Positions 60,036 through 64,000 of a stretch of 64,000 nt of DNA are shown piece by piece. The notes beneath the pieces were generated by a model. The model searched no databases. It was not told the origin of the DNA and saw only the letters and a list, made by a program, of their open reading frames with translations. Each line of letters begins with the position of its first letter. The stretch's first letter is position 1. The DNA comes from Candidatus Methanosuratincola verstraetei (GTDB lineage Archaea; Thermoproteota; Methanomethylicia; Methanomethylicales; Methanomethylicaceae): contig CP186953.1 in NCBI GenBank assembly GCA_049570475.1, positions 1,216,001 to 1,280,000 on the forward strand, written 5' to 3'. A program made the position numbers and the translations under genes.

Positions 60036-60214
60036 TGTGTATAATTATGATCATGAATGCTTATATCCGTTTAGAACTATGCCAGACCTATCTGTCGGCT
60101 CGGGGCGGTCTGATATAATGCGCGCTCCGGATCCACTGCGGATCGCCCGGCAAAGTGCTATGCGGTCAATGCAGGGCATGTTATGGGTTGTTGCAGCGGA
60201 TTGGAGCCCGGCGC

Positions 60215-60760
60215 TTATGCGTCTATGCCAATCAGCACGGTCCCCAGCCCGGTGCACCCGGTGTCTATTCCCATCCTGCTTTTCAGGAAGAGGTCTGCTG
60301 GTGGAGATGGGCTCCCGACCACTACTTTTTTGCCGAGGATCTCACCCATCTCGAGCGGCAGTATCTGCACCATCGTCTCGTCCCTCCTGTCCTTGAAGAG
60401 CCTCATCTTGTCCCTATAAAAGACCAGCGTCCCTGCAACTATGTTGCCCTCGCACTTGAGCCTCTCGAGCCTCTGTTGTTCGTTCACGTCCTCCCCTATC
60501 ACTTCCTCCCCGCAAACTATTTTTATGTAGGAGGACTGCGGCCACTTGAAGCACCTGTCTGTGGCGCAGGCAAAGACTTTCGCTTTCTTCAGCGCCTCCC
60601 TTACGCCAATGTTAATGCCCCTGCACAGCCCCATAAGGACGCCTTTTTCCGCCTGCTCCTCGAGCTTCAGTACCTCTGATTTCTCCTCCTCGGTCAGCTC
60701 CTTGACGCTTATTATGCCCTCTATCCTTCTCAGCGCACTCGCGTACTCATCTTCTGACAT
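60215..60760 (-). CDS. Hypothetical protein, overlapping the RACo gene
   Basis: 14-bp overlap with the upstream stop, host-like codons, motifs N.GV.EAL, F.WP, GSPSP..D. Confidence 0.65.
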   Translation of the reverse strand: MSEDEYASALRRIEGIISVKELTEEEKSEVLKLEEQAEKGVLMGLCRGINIGVREALKKAKVFACATDRCFKWPQSSYIKIVCGEEVIGEDVNEQQRLERLKCEGNIVAGTLVFYRDKMRLFKDRRDETMVQILPLEMGEILGKKVVVGSPSPPADLFLKSRMGIDTGCTGLGTVLIGIDA

Positions 60761-62645
60761 AGCGCCTTACCACCCTCGGCGCCTTCACTTCTTCCATAGT
60801 TTTCGGGAAATCTTCCAGTTTGCTGTTCGGCATGTACATCGCGTTTATGTACTCTTCCTCAAAGATAGGCTGTGCCGCAAGCTCTATATATTTTATTTTT
60901 GAGGCGACGATCTGGGCCTCTCGCCTCACATCAAGCGACTTGAGGCAGAGCCTCGCGCCTGAGCCGGCAGTGTTTCCGGTGAACGATATCTTGTCTAGCT
61001 CGAGCTCTGGTATCATCCCGATTATCCTTGCACTCTTCGGGTCGATGTAGTTGCCAAAGGCGCCTGCTATTATTATTTCAGAAAGGTCTCCCCTGTCAAG
61101 CCCCGCCTTCCTCACAAGCGTCATGAACCCGGCGTAGATTGCTGCCTTTGCCTTCTGGATCTCCCTGATGTCGTCTTGGGTTAGTACAATGTCCTCCTTG
61201 CCCGTCTCGGTCTCCTCCTTTGGCACTAGGACGAACTCCCTGCCGCTTTCCCCGTCCCGGACGCCGCTCCCGACCTGCTGTATCCTGCCTGAAGTGTCTA
61301 TCAATCCCACCTTAAGCATCTCGGCAACAGCATCGATCATGCCTGAACCGCATATGCCGCGCGGCTTCTTGTCGTCTATGGTCTTATAGGATGCCCTGAA
61401 ATCGCTGTCTATCCATACCTTCTCGATTGCCCCGCTCGCCGCCCTCATCCCGCACCTGATATGCGCACCCTCGAACGCAGGCCCCGAAGCGGTCGAGCAG
61501 GCCCATATGCCGTTGCTGTCGCCAAGCATCACCTCAGTGTTTGTGCCTACATCCATCAGCAGCGTAAGCCTCTCCTTCTCGTGAAGCCTCGATGCGAGAA
61601 TGTCTGCTATCGCATCTGCTCCCACAAAGCCTGCCACGTTCGGTAGTAGATGCACATTCCCTGCTGGGTTGATTGCAATGCCAGCATCCCTTGCCTTGCA
61701 ATCGAAGGACCTGCCGATCCCTGCTGCGTAAGGCGCAAGCCCAAGGCTCTTCACATCCACTCCTGCAAATAGGTGGTGCATGGCAGTGTTGCCAACAAGG
61801 ACTGCCTCGTATACCTCATCTCTGGCAATCTCGACCTCAGCGATCCCTGCGTCCATGAGGCTGTTTATGCCTTCAACTATCGCGCTGCGTATCTCCTCAA
61901 GCTGCCCTTTCCCTTGGGACGCGTAATTGATCCTGGAGATCACGTCCTCGCCGAACTTTATCTGAGGGTTCATCGTCCCGTCAGCATAAACTATTGTGCC
62001 GTCATTGAGGTCTACGATGAAAACCGCCAGCTTCGTGGTGCCTATGTCCACTGCCAGCCCGTACTTCCTGGCAGTTGTGTCCCCCTTTTCTAAGGCAATG
62101 ATCTCCTTCCTTCCAATGATTACCGCCGTCACTTTCCAGCCCGACTCCCTCAGGATCTTGGGGATCTCCCTGGCAACAGGCATGTCGATTTTGAGATTTG
62201 GATATCCTTTCGACGATAGTCCGGCCAACAGCCTTTCGTCATCCGCTGTAGGATCCTCTAGGGACGGCGGGCTAAGCTCAAGATATAATTTCTCGACGTT
62301 GCTCATGATCCGCACAGGCGGCTCCTTCCCCATGATGACGAGCCTCTGTTTGCCCACCCTGCTCTGATCAGGCACCCTTATCGTGACTTCGCCCTCAATG
62401 TACGTCTGGCAGGCGAGCCTGTAGTTCTTTTCCAGCTTCTCCTTGGGCACCCTCTTCTTCTCATGATCCGTCAGCGGCGAGACCTTCCCGTCTATCACCT
62501 CAACAAGGCACTTCCCGCAGTAGCCCTTGCCCCCGCAAATCGCCGCAAGGTCCACCTCTGCCTTGAGGGCTGCCGACAATAGGGTTGTCTTCTCAGGCAC
62601 TTTGCACCTCTTGCCTTCGGGCAGGAATACCACTTCAAATTCCAT
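60747..62645 (-). CDS. RACo/RamA-type ATP-dependent corrinoid reductive activator (2Fe-2S + ASKHA)
   Basis: CGGKGYCGKC...RLACQ 2Fe-2S domain, DIGTT, NPQ..FGEDVISRI, GFVGAD, DVGTNTE, GPAFEG, GICGSG, IAGAFG, GN.AG.GA. Confidence 0.9.
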   Translation of the reverse strand: MEFEVVFLPEGKRCKVPEKTTLLSAALKAEVDLAAICGGKGYCGKCLVEVIDGKVSPLTDHEKKRVPKEKLEKNYRLACQTYIEGEVTIRVPDQSRVGKQRLVIMGKEPPVRIMSNVEKLYLELSPPSLEDPTADDERLLAGLSSKGYPNLKIDMPVAREIPKILRESGWKVTAVIIGRKEIIALEKGDTTARKYGLAVDIGTTKLAVFIVDLNDGTIVYADGTMNPQIKFGEDVISRINYASQGKGQLEEIRSAIVEGINSLMDAGIAEVEIARDEVYEAVLVGNTAMHHLFAGVDVKSLGLAPYAAGIGRSFDCKARDAGIAINPAGNVHLLPNVAGFVGADAIADILASRLHEKERLTLLMDVGTNTEVMLGDSNGIWACSTASGPAFEGAHIRCGMRAASGAIEKVWIDSDFRASYKTIDDKKPRGICGSGMIDAVAEMLKVGLIDTSGRIQQVGSGVRDGESGREFVLVPKEETETGKEDIVLTQDDIREIQKAKAAIYAGFMTLVRKAGLDRGDLSEIIIAGAFGNYIDPKSARIIGMIPELELDKISFTGNTAGSGARLCLKSLDVRREAQIVASKIKYIELAAQPIFEEEYINAMYMPNSKLEDFPKTMEEVKAPRVVRRYVRR

Positions 62646-64000
62646 GTTCTATCTCCTCCAAGAACTTGCTCACAACTGAGGACGGGTCACCGTCCATCAC
62701 AACTTTCCCGTTAAGCATCAGCACTGCCCTGTCAGAAACCTCTTCAAGGAGGTCAAGCTGGTGGCTCACAAGCACAATGGCAGGCCTGAGCTTCTTCTTG
62801 ACCATCTTGAGTGAATTCGCGACTAGCCTCAGGGTTATCGGATCCAGGTCGCCGAAGGGCTCGTCGAGGATGAGCACCTTTGGGTTAGAGACCAGCGAAA
62901 GCGCAAGGGCCACCCTTATCTTCTCGCCCCCGCTCAGCTCGTAGACGTTGCGGTCCAAGATCCCTGGGCTCAGGCCCACTGCCTCAAGCACCGTGAGAGC
63001 TACGTCCCTTGCCTTTTCTGGGTCTTTGGATTTGAAAAGTTCCCTCAGCAGATCGTTGCTTATCCCCATCTCGCCCAGCTTTGCCTTCATCTCGCCTTCG
63101 GGGAGCTCCGAAACCCTGCTTAGCGCATCAACTACCTCCTCAGAGAGTCCAGCTCTTTTTCCCCTCCTCAGCGCGGCCTCGAGCAGATCATAGTCCTTGA
63201 GCCCAAGCTTTGCCGCGAAGAGGTCTAGCACCCTTGCGAAGTATGGCAAGTCGAACTCCTGGTGGAGTATGCCTATGCGCCTCCTCGCTAGCATGTTTTT
63301 CCTCCCGAGCTTTCCGAGCACAACCCATTCGCCCTTGTAGGTTATCTTCACCTCGCCCTTGTCAGGAAGCTCGAGACCGGCGAGCATCCTCAGGACTACT
63401 GTCTTGCCGGCTCCGGAAGGGCCGACTATGCCTGTTATCTCTCCCCTCCTGAACTCTAGGTTGGTCTCAGCCATCTCGAAGACCAGGCCATAAGGTATGA
63501 GCTTGTATGTCTTGCATGCCCCCTCTATCTTCAACACTACGGGACCATCTATCCTGGTCTTCTCGAGCGGATCCTCGATCCCGGATAGGAACTTGGCGAG
63601 CACGGATTCCGTGTTCCCGTCCTCTTTGAGCTTGCCCTTGTCGATGAGGATCGTCCTGTCCGAGAGCGATCTGTGCGTCTGGGGGTTGTGGGACGCGAAG
63701 AGGATCGCAATACCGAGCTCCCTGTTTGCTCGCTTGAGGGCATCCAAGAGCGCTTCCCTTGTTGCTGGGCAAGTCATTGTGCCAGGCTCGTCCAGCAGCA
63801 GAAGCTTCGGCTTTCTTGCTATCTGCCTCGCGATGATCAGCCTCTGCTTCTCGCCCCCGCTAAGGACCTCAGACCATAGGTCTGCCCTCTTGTCCAGCCC
63901 GACCACCCTGAGTATCTCCATCGCCCTCTCCCGGTACTCCCTGTACTCCCCTTCAGCCTCTGGAATAGTCTCGTCGAAGCCGTCGGAATACCTCAGCGCC
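62635..64000 (-). CDS. Second component-A2 (AtwA)-like double ABC ATPase; 5' end beyond the window
   Basis: Frame stays open to the window edge (ALRYSDGF...RERAMEIL). LSGGEKQRL..ARQ, GPSGAGKT, GEWV.L, IGILHQEF.L, DEPFGDLDPIT align with AtwA at 45479-47104. Confidence 0.8.
   Translation of the reverse strand, partial: ALRYSDGFDETIPEAEGEYREYRERAMEILRVVGLDKRADLWSEVLSGGEKQRLIIARQIARKPKLLLLDEPGTMTCPATREALLDALKRANRELGIAILFASHNPQTHRSLSDRTILIDKGKLKEDGNTESVLAKFLSGIEDPLEKTRIDGPVVLKIEGACKTYKLIPYGLVFEMAETNLEFRRGEITGIVGPSGAGKTVVLRMLAGLELPDKGEVKITYKGEWVVLGKLGRKNMLARRRIGILHQEFDLPYFARVLDLFAAKLGLKDYDLLEAALRRGKRAGLSEEVVDALSRVSELPEGEMKAKLGEMGISNDLLRELFKSKDPEKARDVALTVLEAVGLSPGILDRNVYELSGGEKIRVALALSLVSNPKVLILDEPFGDLDPITLRLVANSLKMVKKKLRPAIVLVSHQLDLLEEVSDRAVLMLNGKVVMDGDPSSVVSKFLEEIEHGI

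Noticed and set aside
60046-60113. Possible C/D box sRNA (ATGATCA...CTGA)
   Set aside because: The C box is imperfect, no clear internal D'/C' boxes, and the region probably overlaps the promoter of the ACT-domain gene.
1-64000. CRISPR array, tRNA/rRNA, Sec/Pyl read-through, inteins
   Set aside because: Intergenic gaps are short (about 200 bp or less) with no repeat-spacer pattern or cloverleaf seen by eye. Recognised proteins are of normal length without in-frame stops or insertions. tRNAscan/Infernal were not run.

Overview
Archaeal chromosomal window with GC-rich coding sequence. It is most consistent with a non-euryarchaeal methanogen of the Methanomethylicia (Verstraetearchaeota, Thermoproteota); this is inferred from gene content and the compact mcrBGA arrangement, not from a search. 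The centre holds a canonical methane-type methyl-coenzyme M reductase operon (mcrB-G-A, no mcrD/C in between). It sits in a cluster of MCR maturation/activation genes (AtwA/A2, YcaO-TfuA, markers 2 and 15, DUF2098-like, soluble P-type/HAD protein) and is preceded by a NitT/TauT ABC importer and an HTH regulator. Other content: pgk-gap-usp-pgm, a metal-chelate ABC importer, two RHH-type regulators before a large S-layer-like protein, acdB/iorAB and a surface papain-like protease, gatCAB, an IS607-tnpB element, hsp20/cdc48, leuA/cimA, tbp, signal peptidase, porCDAB, thiR/thiDN, nadE, tpiA and trpB2. At the right edge is an overlapping operon of a second A2-like ATPase, a RACo/RamA-type corrinoid activator and an unknown protein. 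The most notable unexplained signals are: (1) the A2-paralog/RACo operon; (2) the RHH pair, three exactly 30-bp-phased GTNNACAT boxes and a codon-mosaic surface protein; (3) a TnpB with the RuvC-III Asp replaced by Gln; (4) a 41-bp perfect repeat between the two TBP halves. No rRNA, tRNA or CRISPR array was recognised.
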